A stretch of DNA of 64,000 nt, taken from NCBI RefSeq assembly GCF_001194135.2, contig NC_068985.1, forward strand, positions 21,044,835-21,108,834. Direction: 5' to 3'. Below, one piece after another: positions 39,673 to 51,153 of the stretch. Within the stretch, counting starts at the first letter, position 1, and each line of letters opens with the position of its first letter. The DNA is from Octopus bimaculoides (Eukaryota). Below the pieces are notes generated by a model that was not told the origin of the DNA, ran no database searches, and was given only the letters and a program-made list of their open reading frames with translations. A program made the position numbers and the translations under genes.

Positions 39673-40155
39673 NNNNNNNNNNNNNNNNNNNNNNNNNNNN
39701 NNNNNNNNNNNNNNNNNNNNNNNNNNNNNNNNNNNNNNNNNNNNNNNNNNNNNNNNNNNNNNNNNNNNNNNNNNNNNNNNNNNNNNNNNNNNNNNNNNNN
39801 NNNNNNNNNNNNNNNNNNNNNNNNNNNNNNNNNNNNNNNNNNNNNNNNNNNNNNNNNNNNNNNNNNNNNNNNNNNNNNNNNNNNNNNNNNNNNNNNNNNN
39901 NNNNNNNNNNNNNNNNNNNNNNNNNNNNNNNNNNNNNNNNNNNNNNNNNNNNNNNNNNNNNNNNNNNNNNNNNNNNNNNNNNNNNNNNNNNNNNNNNNNN
40001 NNNNNNNNNNNNNNNNNNNNNNNNNNNNNNNNNNNNNNNNNNNNNNNNNNNNNNNNNNNNNNNNNNNNNNNNNNNNNNNNNNNNNNNNNNNNNNNNNNNN
40101 NNNNNNNNNNNNNNNNNNNNNNNNNNNNNNNNNNNNNNNNNNNNNNNNNNNNNNN

Positions 40156-40236
<81 letters not shown>

Positions 40237-40237
40237 C

Positions 40238-41135
40238 ATTTTTTTTTATTCATCTCAGCCAAGTGGCAGCAGTCATGCTGGAACACCACCAATGACTTTC
40301 CCTCTTTATTCTGTGCTCTCTGCACGTTCCTTGCATGGCTCTTCTCCACCATCTGATCTAGTCCAATCAAGACTTTCGATGGCACATCTGGTGTATAAGA
40401 GAATTTGACATCGCTGCCCTAAACTGTGTCTCATTTTGAGCCAACGATTCGTCTGGTATCGTGGATAGGAAAGTGTCGAGTTTTGTTTTGAAGACCTCTA
40501 CATCCATGTCTTGCAGGTCTCTCAATTGTTTTGGCAGGGCATTAAAGAGCTGAAGTCTTCTGAAACTGAGGCTGNNNNNNNNNNTGTCTTGCAGGTCTCT
40601 CAATTGTTTTGGCAGGGCATTAAAGAGCTGAAGTCTTCTGAAACTGAGGCTGTTGCAATACCTTGTTCTTATGTGAGATGCAGTGGACGGTACCCTTGGT
40701 ACTATGCAGTGACGAACTGTGCGGGCATTCGTATAGTACTTGATACCAAAGTTTGGTACCAGTCCTACCAGTATTTTCCATATGTAAATTATTACATATC
40801 TCTCCTGCCTGTGCTCCAGAGAGTAGAGACCTAGTGCCTTCAGTCACTCCCTGTAGTTCATCTGCTGGACAGTGGTGATCTTTTTTGTATAGTGACGCTG
40901 AATTGCCTCGAGTTCTGCTGACACTGTGTGGTGACCATAAGTGAGAGCAATAGTCTAGATGACTCAGAACAAATGTCTTCCATAGAGTAAACATGACATT
41001 TTGATCCCTTGTTCTGAATGTCCTCAGTATCCACCCTGCCAGTTGTCTACACTTTGCTGTCAACTTGACAATGTACATGTGAAATGATGTATCACTACAC
41101 AGGTCTCTCACTGTTTGTGGTTCTGGGATTGAAAA
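40238..41135 (-). mobile_element. CR1-type LINE 3' end (post-RT ORF and 3' UTR)
   Basis: RQLAGWILRTFRTRD..LWKTFVLSHLDYCSHLWSP, QLFNALPKQLRD, FKTKLDTFL..IPDE. Ends in aataaaaaaaa. Confidence 0.85.
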
Positions 41136-41139
41136 AAAC

Positions 41140-42410
41140 CACTCATGTTATACGGAACCATAGAATCTGTCATTATCCCCAGTGTAACAGATTATGTCTA
41201 CAGCATAATTGTCCATTTATCCATCTCCCGGGAACTCATCACAAATAAAAATATAAATAGGATCCCTAACCAATACAAAACCCACGACCACAAACATTTC
41301 CAGTTCTTCAAACAGAATTCTTTTTTAGCCATAATGAATCTGGCAAAAGAGCTACAAAAGAACATTCTAGCCATCACACAATACCACTCCCCACTGCCAC
41401 CCTATTACACAAACTCCTATTGCTGCCATTAACAAGCAAATCACCAAAACAGTCACCTCAATATTTTTGCTCAATGCACAAAGCATCAGCCCTTCCACCA
41501 ATGCCCAAAAATGGAAGATCCAATTTATTGAGGACTGCATTAATGACCATCCACACCACTTTTCCCGTCCTCACAGAGACCCATCTCAATAATCCCCACT
41601 TGGAAGCTGAGGCAAGAGTGAAGAATTTTACAGCCATCCGTGCAGATCATATCAGCAGAAGAAAGGGTGGGACCGTCATTTTCATGCACGATTCTTTTTC
41701 AGCTGAAGCAATGGACGTATTTACCAATGGCTACTGTGAAGCAGCTTCTGTGTATAGTAAAACCAACAATTTAATAGTAGTTGGGCTCTATTGGCCACCC
41801 CTAACTCCTTTTCTACACTTCAAGAAATGCCTCAATAGTATTAAGCATTTCATTCATCAGTGTAATGCTGACAACATATAAATGATGGGGACTTCAACTT
41901 TCCCAGTGTTGATTGGTCCACAAACAGCTTAAAACCAGGTTTTCCCACCTCAACCCCTAATAAGGAAGCAATTGAATTGCTTTTTGATTACATGGATGAG
42001 TTTTTCCTAACCCAACTTGTTCATGAACCAACCAGGTGTCACAAAAACATCTTGGATCTTGTATTCAGTAACCACACTGACACTATCCTCAATATTGCAG
42101 TGGAAAAAACACCACTACTCTCAGACCATGACATGGTTCTCTGCGATCTGAGATTTTACCACCCAAAGATCAAATCCAGTGACATCTCTCCAGCCCATCC
42201 ATTTGACACTATGGACCTTCATAACGCAGACTGGGATACAATCAATCATGATATTTCACAAGTTGATTGGGCCTTCATGCATGCACACACACCCCTCCAA
42301 CATAAACACATCATGGCAAACATTTGTAGATACTGTGACAGTTATATGCAAAAACATACTCCATTAAGATCAGTATACAAATTTAAGTGCATAATCCCTA
42401 GAAATATTAT
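41140..42410 (+). mobile_element. CR1-type LINE apurinic endonuclease fragment
   Basis: LTETHL, RADH..RKGG, VGLYWPP, MGDFNFP..DW, QLVHEPTR..NILDLVFSN and SDH motifs. Confidence 0.85.
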
Positions 42411-45400
42411 AAACAAGAGTACCTTAAACTTCTGAGGATTTTAAGAACACTTTTGTAATTCAAACCAAAAATTTGTGGTCAGTGCTTCATTAATAACTAA
42501 GCAGTAATTAAGGCATTATATATTGAATCTTAATTATTCAGACAGTCAGCAAATATATATAGATATTTATAATATACAGGAATATATTCAGTTTTCTGAT
42601 CATCATCATCAAATGTTTTACTTACACAGTCTGCTCAAGCAAGAAAACCAGCAACCCAATTTAACATTTAACTTTATCATTATATTTATCTTCAAGCACA
42701 GTTTGTCTTCCTAAAATATTATTCTGGTTAGAGTCCTCTCCCTACTTACTTTCAGTACAAGAAACCTTTCATCAAATTGTCAACCAACTCCTCTAAAAGT
42801 TTTGACAAACTTTCTATGCTTTTTCAAATTTTTCTTTTATTTTTACAAACTAATATTTTACTGCTTTCTTCACTTTCTAAAATTATTGCATTCTCACCAT
42901 TGGATAAACATTACAGTTCATCATGCTGGATTTCGATGTAAGTAACAAATTATTTAACTCAAAACTCCTTTTCTATAATACAATTGTTTATATACAATAT
43001 ACAATTCAATAGCAGAGCAGCAGTTATAGTAGTGCCTTGAAAATTGTGTAGTGTGTGTCAGCCAAATTTTATGAAGTGCTCCAAACTATTTCCCAGCAGC
43101 ACTCAACAGTAATTCCTGTAAATGATCTGAAAAGTATCACTTAGGAATTCAAAATGGGAATTAGTATTCAAAAGATTGTGGAAACAAAAGAGGCATTAAT
43201 AAATCCCACACTGCAACAAATTTCTCATCAAGCAATAGATTTAAAGTACAGTCTTAGATTTATTTCCTGCATTGCAATCAGATAATGATTACCAACAGTC
43301 AGAAAGTACATTTATTTCTCTCTCTATCAGATATTATTTCCCCTTCATCAATATTAGTTTTTATTCTATTATACTTTCATTATATAATGTCACCAGGTAA
43401 TGTGGAAACAAACAATTGATTCTATCAAACATGAACTTTGGAATGCAAAATCAATTACCTAGTTTCTAATACCTCCCTAGGCTGTAAATTAATAGAGACC
43501 ATATTAACAGACTACATACAATGAAACCCATGTAGCATTTAAATGGAATGAGAATTCATGGCACAATGTATTCAATGAAGTGTTAGTAAACAGGTAGGAG
43601 GAAATCTAAGAAAGAGATGGTATTTGGTGTTTAGGACTAAGGGAAGTTTGTTAGTTCCATAAAGAAATCAATGTTTGAAAAATTAGATCAGATCAACCTT
43701 CTCTCTGGGTGTCAAGTGTTTCATGTATTTAACTATCCTGAAATTACATGTGTATCAAATAATCACAGGTGAAAATATAAATAAAAACATACGGAAAAAA
43801 CAAGCTTGAAATTGAAGGTGGTAGCAACAGCAACAGTGGTGCTTATTTGAAATGCTATGCTTCAGATTGTATTTTAGCAGTGTAGTTTAAAATACTTAAC
43901 TGTTGACAACTAACTTCTCACATATTTGTTACCAATTAAATTGTAGTTAGAATTGCTAGATGAAATTGTTATTTATAGCATACAATATAAACTGACAAGC
44001 ATTCACAGCAAACAGTGAGAAAAAAATATATATATATTTGTCAAAAATCAAATAGATTTCATGTTGATCATTAGTTTTAGATGATTGATCTCCTAGTCAC
44101 AGTTTTTAGTATCTACTGAAATTTTAAAAAATTATTTGAATGTTAAAACACATAAAACTAATATAACAATACTAAAAAAAACAGACTTTTGAAATATTGA
44201 TTCTTACTAAAAATATTGCTACCAAGTAAACATACAATTTCATATTCATGTGTATAATATTAGAATATAGATAGCAAATAGCATCTTCAGAATAAGTTAA
44301 ACTGATGGCATTATTTCACACACTGAGATAATGATGGCTCAATCATTTCATATATCACATTTAATGAATACAGGAATTATACATGAGCTATTTCAAGTTT
44401 CATGCTTGAATAGTGAAGTAATTTTCAAACTTATATAACATACTGTGCTTCTAATCTGGTGAGGGTCAAAACATTTTCCAGTTTGATGACATATTTACGT
44501 ATACAATCACCCCTAAACAAACAGACATTTCAACAACACCTGAAAACTTATTCAGATAGTAACCTTAAAATACTATCTTTCCTAATCAGTTCAGTAAAAA
44601 GTTAATAATGCGTACATACAAAAACCATTAATAGCTTCCAACGCTATACTGCGATTTATGCTACCAATGATAAGGGGTGAGGAACAGCAACTGTCATGCT
44701 GGGTCTACATTTCCTGCTGCCATATGGTCATCAACAGTATACTCAACCTGCTAAAAATCACACTCTGCCAACTTACACAAGTACAAGACATACTAAATAT
44801 TGTATTCTTACATACCTCTGAAAGAGAGAAGTTGGTCACATCTGGAATGCCATTTATCATAGTTCTGTTCAATCTGGGTTGGTTTAGAACAGCAGGTGTA
44901 CAGAAATAAACTGAACAATAAAGAGAATATAATATATCATGGTTGTCACACTGCACCCTATGGAAATATCTTTTGCAAGTCATGTGTGCAGTGTAGTTCT
45001 CAGTTAGGCAGAGTGTGATATATCTAGAGCAGATCATGGCTTAAATCTGATCATTTAGCCAACTAGTTCTGTGCCATAGGTCTGATTGCTCAGAGCTAAC
45101 TTGGGGCTGTATAATACATTAAAACTTTAGCTGTATTAGGAGCTTTTTCCTGTCTTGCAAGTTACTTGACAACCTCACAAAAATGCATGCAACACACACT
45201 GTAATTTTGTTGGCATTAGGAAGGACATCCAGCCTTAGAAACTATACAAAAGTTGACATTGGGTCTTGGAGCAGCCCTATGGGTCACCTGATCTTGTCAA
45301 GCCATCCAACCCATGACAGCATAGAAAACAGATATTCAGTGATAAGGATGATTATTGTATTTGCATATGCACAATTTTTTCTCTTAAATTTCACCAATAT

Positions 45401-46231
45401 ATTTAGACCTATCTAATCTAATTGGTGAGATAATTATTGCAGTAATGCACAAGCAACATGATTCAAAGACATTATAAAGCAATATATCAATATGTGGTTT
45501 ACAAAAATATTAATTTAAATAATGTTTAAAAAAGTGGGTGATGTAGACTATATAAATGGTAGTGTGTGTAAATTTAAATTAGCAATATATAACTCTAAGT
45601 TAACAAACAAGTTATGGTAAAAGTCAACACAACTATACTTGAAATGGAACTGACAAACTCATTCAACTTAACACACATCTTGGTGGGACTTGGTAAGAGG
45701 TAAGATGATTAGGTAAGAGGTAAAAGGACTAGGTAAGAGGCAAGAGGAAAATTCCGTTCAAAGTTGAATTTATGGTGCTGCAATAAATGAAGAAAAAATA
45801 ACTTAGAATGCATCACTGGTATAAGTTAGAAGAATGAAGCAACTGCAAGACAGATAAGCAAAAGAGAAAAATTACTTCCTTTTGTAATATCTATCAGAAC
45901 AGTCTACTTTCTGGCTAGTCCATTCTGCTCGTCAGTAATTTAATTTCTTTTCTTCTGATATATATATATATATAGATATNNNNNNNNNNNNNNNNNNNNN
46001 NNNNNNNNNNNNNNNNNNNNNNNNNNNNNNNNNNNNNNNNNNNNNNNNNNNNNNNNNNNNNNNNNNNNNNNNNNNNNNNNNNNNNATATATATAATTCAT
46101 AAATATAGTGTCCCTTCTCCAACAGAAGTAATTTGCTATTTCTTTTTTATTCATATCCTCAGCTTATGGAGTATATTAATCTTCTTTTCAGAACTAAAGT
46201 ATTTTAATTTCTTAATATTAACAGACAGTTA

Positions 46232-46425
46232 GATAGTGAGCTAGCAGAATTGTTAGCATGCCAGGAAAAATGCTTGTCAACATTTTGTCCATCTTTACGT
46301 TCTGAGTTCAAATTCTGCTGAGGTTGATTTTGTCTTTCATCCTTTCTGGCTCAATATAATAAGGATCAGCTGAGCCCTTATCGCTCCCCTGAAATTGCTG
46401 GCCTTGCACCAAAACCTGAAACCAA
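46232..46425 (+). mobile_element. SINE family D, degraded
   Basis: gtgagctagcagaattgttagc...ctgagttcaaattc...tgtctttcatcctttc. Confidence 0.75.
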
Positions 46426-47532
46426 TATTAACAGTCACTCAATAAGAAGGGTTCTTATCTGGAGCTATCTATATCCCTTGCGGATATGAAAACCAAAGTC
46501 TGAGATATGGCATGTGAATCCTATTATTGTTTCCTATGATGCTCTCTACATGATAAAATCCTTATGATTTGGAATCATATGGGCACTTAACAGGACTGAT
46601 GATAATGATGATTGTTAATAGTCTTATAACAAAAAGTATGAAGACATGTTGGAAAGACCTATTCTTATATTTGAAAATATATATTAGTATCTGCCTCTGT
46701 TGCCAAAATGTTAGATTATATTCAAGAAACTTGATTAGTAAGCTCTTTTTCACAAACAATGAACTGGAGGAGTAGAATGTTTATAGAATGTTTTTTGTGA
46801 TGAATGTTTAGTTTGGACATGTGTAAGTTAATATTGTTTTTAGAAAAACATGAGTTGGATAGATGCTTGCAGAGTTCTGACGAGAATGGATACCACATTG
46901 TCAGTAATGAGAAGAGACAGTTGCATTGAAATGACAGTTTTATAGTTGACGCCCAAAACAAAAACTACTACTTTAGTTTATAAGAAATTAGAAGAGACAA
47001 GTCAGGAAGTGGAAATGGTCTATGATATATAAATTACAACAAGCCTGATTTTTTTTTTTTTTTCTTTATGGGCAGGGGCTATTTTTTACAAAATACAAAA
47101 TATTTTCATTTCTGAAATGCATGCAATAGCTAATGGTTACTCTTACCTGTCATTTATTTAAACAAAAATATATTCAATGATTACAACTAAAGAATATTTG
47201 AGCATATGATGAAAAAAAGAATATGAGCTAGTTAATATTATTTTCATTTTATAAAAGACAACTTCAGATACATTTCTGCCTTAGAGAGGCAGTTTTCTAT
47301 CACTTATCAAGGTACAGTGTTTCTCTTGCTTTATACCAACAAATTAGCAATTTTCTGTACCACTACCATTCCAACGAGTTACAGAAAGGTTGCATTTCAT
47401 TGACAAACTTCAACTAAAGCAAGACACATTAAGATTGGACTTCTGTAATACCTGAAAATCCATATTTCGTCATAGCATTTCATACAAACTAGATAAGTTA
47501 CCCACTAATTTTAAGCATTTTTTTTTTTTTAG

Positions 47533-47693
47533 TACAACCGTTAGATCCTGCCCAAAGAAGTTCTGCATTCATTCGCCATAAGCTAGGAGGCCGATCAAGT
47601 TCCTTGGAAATTGATGAGTCAAAATCCGGGGCATCAAGTTTTTCCCTCTACTCGAATCCATCACCAGTTAGTTCAAACCCAAACTTGTCACAA
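47533..47693 (+). CDS. Stac: Internal coding exon (phase 1-0, 161 nt): QPLDPAQRSSAFIRHKLGGRSSSLEIDESKSGASSFSLYSNPSPVSSNPNLSQ
   Basis: Long poly-T plus ag acceptor and canonical CAA|gtaagt donor. GC-richer open frame. Phases join the 35062 and 54443 exons. Confidence 0.85.
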
Positions 47694-47950
47694 GTAAGTA
47701 AAATTCTCTGAATCAGATTTTTTATTTCTATCATTTGCTTTGTCATTTATAAATATGATGTCAAAAAAAAAATACGTGTGTATGTGGGTACACATACATA
47801 TCTATATATTTAATTAATTATCATCCCTCAGGGTCAAGGATGATTGTCCACCAGATTTAACTGTAGCAAACCCACATGTAACTGTGTATACTAATGCATA
47901 GTCCACAAGTTTGGTCAGATTGAGCATTTCTTGCCTTGTAGAAGAAGCAA

Positions 47951-48005
47951 CACTCTGTTGGTCACTTCACTCTGTTGGTCACTTCACTCTGTTGGTCACT
48001 TCACT
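47951..48005. repeat. 17-bp tandem repeat (cactctgttggtcactt) x3
   Basis: Direct reading. Confidence 0.9.
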
Positions 48006-48247
48006 ATGTTTTCTATACATGTATTTATCATTGAGATGTTTGATACATGCTGTGCTGAAGGGCTGAGCTCCATCATAGATGATCCATCTCCATTTGTGCT
48101 TGTCATTCACCAACAGTTCCTACTTGTACACATTGATTCCACATCATCATCATCATCACCATTTAGCGTCCATTGTCCATGTTGGTATGGGTTGGACGGT
48201 TTGACCAGGGCTGGCAAGCTGATGGGCTGTGTGTTCCTTTTCAACCT

Positions 48248-48355
<108 letters not shown>

Positions 48356-48424
48356 AGTATGTAAAGATATATATAAGTTGATTTAAAAATTAAAGGATTA
48401 AGGTTTAGAAAGTATGCATTAAAC

Positions 48425-48925
48425 ACAGTATCTAAACCTTGTTTCAGGGTGTCATGTGTCCGTGGAGCACATTCACCACTTATGGCTACCAGGCATCATC
48501 AGCGATACTTTGCATTCATCATTGAATCAATTTCCAGGAATCCAGGGTGCACGTAGCGTATATATTAAAGATTAATAGAGAAGGCAGAGCATACCAAAAG
48601 CCATTTATTATCATGACAATTGTTTCGTCTTCATGATGCCTTGCTCCCTAGTGGGCATGAAATGGTGCAATAACACCAGATGCAACACACAGTGCAAAGG
48701 AGACTCATCAGGTGGCATAATATACTTTTAAGTGTGGGGATTTACATTTCAGTTTCACTGTATTGAGAGATTTTATCAGTTTGGGTGGATATGTTCAAAT
48801 GCGCTGCATCTGGTGTTATTGCACTTCTCCATGTCCACTAGCAAGCAGTGCATCATGAAGACAAAACAACTGTCATGATAATAAATTTCTTTTGGTACAC
48901 TCCATTTTTATTAATCTTTATATCT
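48425..48925 (-). mobile_element. Second fold-back, hammerhead-bearing element (Penelope-like/retrozyme-like remnant)
   Basis: Inverted arms at about 48560-48686 and 48804-48925. One intact and up to two decayed hammerhead motifs on the minus strand. Flanked by (TA)n tracts. Confidence 0.5.
48605..48720 (-). ncRNA. Type I hammerhead ribozyme motif with intact catalytic core and long stem II insert
   Basis: Minus strand reads CTGATGA-GTCT...AGAC-GAAA-CAATTG-TC. All core nucleotides present, G10.1-C11.1 pair, palindromic stem III (ACAATTGT), GUC triplet. Stem I is imperfect. Confidence 0.7.
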
Positions 48926-48930
48926 ATCTA

Positions 48931-48964
<34 letters not shown>

Positions 48965-48971
<7 letters not shown>

Positions 48972-49125
48972 TCAGGGCTTCTTTCAGTTTCTATCTACCA
49001 AATTCATTCACAAGACTTTGGTTGGCCTGGGGTTATAGTATGGCACCCAAGGTATCATACAATAAAACTGAACTTGAGATCACATGGTTGAGAAGCAAGC
49101 TTTTTATCCACACAGCTATAGATGT
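48965..49125 (-). mobile_element. SINE family A 5' half, degraded
   Basis: Reverse complement of the head region. Confidence 0.7.
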
Positions 49126-50434
49126 GCATGATTTTCCTCAGACATTCCTGATGGCATGTCTCTGGTTTATGGACGTACCAGTTTGTCATATTTCAGGGCC
49201 ATATAGGAGAGTAATTCAACAGTTGTTTTATGCACCGTAATAATGAACAACGTAGCCACATCACTTGATATTGAAGAAACTAAAAGAACAATTCATTCTC
49301 TAAAAATCAAAAATCACTCAGATCCAACAGGATTCTAACAGGTTTATAAATTTAAAAAACATACACTAACAACAAAGCCTTGTGAACTGATTCTGCTGAT
49401 CTGGATGCAGGAAGAGATACTAGCTGGTCACAGAGATATAATCAACATGATCACCAAGAAAGAAGAAAACCAATCTGTTTAAGGAGAAATCTCACTTTAG
49501 TCACTTGCTGAAAAAATTCTAGCTATAATCCTGCTCAACTGATTCAAGTTAGCAATCTAGTAAAATACATGGAAGGTGCTATAAAAATTGAACTGAAGAC
49601 AGCTTTAAATAGTTATTTAATCATGTCAAACCCATCTCAACGATGAATGACAAAACTGTTAACAACTTCAGAATTAATAAAGCTATAAATATAGCCTTGA
49701 GAGCTCTTCAGTTTATAAGAACAGTCAAGTTCGATGTACTTTTCTTTAAGGTTATTGATAGCAATATAACAGCTCTTGTGAATTATCAGTACAATTGGGG
49801 AAAAAATACCATTTTCTTAACTTTACTGGCAGCAGAAATTGAACTTTCTTTCTCCTCTTTGTTTTTCTTTTTCCCTTCTTTGCTCACCTCTTTTTATTTT
49901 CCTTCTTTTATTGACATGTTTAATATCTCATCTACATATCAAGCACAGGAGACAATTAAAAACAAAAGAAAATAAGCAAAACATCAAGGGAAGTATTGAT
50001 GGGGAATATCAGTCAATGAAATTTACAAAACTTTTCTCCAAAAACAATAGAATTCACTTGTCCTCATGGCACAAGAACTTATTCAACTCACTTAATATTC
50101 TTTCTATACAGCCTTGCACAGAGATTATATGTTCCAGTTTCTTGCCAGGATTGTTTTTGTTTTTTTTAGAAAGATTAAAGGAATTAAAAATACACTTCAG
50201 TAAGATACATTATCTAGATTGACAATAGTGTTAAAAATACATTAAAAAAAACTCAAAATATTATTTAAGATGTTAGAGTAAGATTTGAATGAGATTTAGC
50301 CACTATTTTTAGCAGGTTTAGCAATTGCATAGAAGCTAACACTGTGACTCCTCAGTTAGATATATGTAGTAGTTTTGCAGCATAACTTTAAAAGATAAAC
50401 AAACAATTACTGTATAGGAAGCAAAACTTAGCCA

Positions 50435-50782
50435 TGCAGGAGTGGCTGTGTGGTAAGTAGTTTGCTTACCAACCACATGGTTCTGGATTCAGTCCCACTG
50501 TGTGGCACCTTGGGCAAGTGTCTTCTATAGTCATGGGCTGACCAAAGCCTTGTGAGTAGATTTGGTAGATGGAACTGAAAGAAGCCTGTCATATGTATAT
50601 ATATGTATGTATATGTTTGTGTGTCTGTATTTGCGCCCCCCCCCTCATAATTGCTTGATTACTGCTGTTTGTGTGTATATGTCCCCATAGCTTAGCAGTT
50701 CAGCAAAAGTCACCGATAGAATAAGTATTAGGCTTACAAAGAATAAGTTCTGGGGTCGATTTGTTCGACTTAAGAGTAAAGA
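50435..50782 (+). mobile_element. SINE family A
   Basis: Collinear with the consensus, 3' end partly deleted. Confidence 0.88.
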
Positions 50783-51087
50783 GTATTCAAAAATTATTAA
50801 TGGCAATGACAAGGATGCAGTAAAAATTTTAACACCAAATAATAAATGGTTCAGTGAAGTTAACAGGTTTTGTGTGTTTCTGAATGGTTAATGTGTGGTC
50901 TTCCACACTGTAATTCTTTTAGTTTCAACACATTTTCAGATCAATCACTTGTCAAACAAGTGCATCTTTGAAACATATTAAGTCTTATTTTGTAGAAGAT
51001 GTATTCAAATTTAACAGTTAGCACCAGTTTTGTTTGGCTGATGTATGTGTGTGAGAGAGAGAAAACATTTATGACTGTTGTACATAG

Positions 51088-51153
<66 letters not shown>

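Noticed and set aside
43331-43396. 66-nt phase 1-1 segment with AG/GT boundaries, in frame between two real exons
   Set aside because: Extremely AT-rich and intron-like in composition, with an implausible hydrophobic peptide. Would need junction reads.
44705-45037. 110-aa minus-strand ORF as a possible nested gene
   Set aside because: No recognisable domain, no consistent splice partner, and no supporting neighbouring exons.
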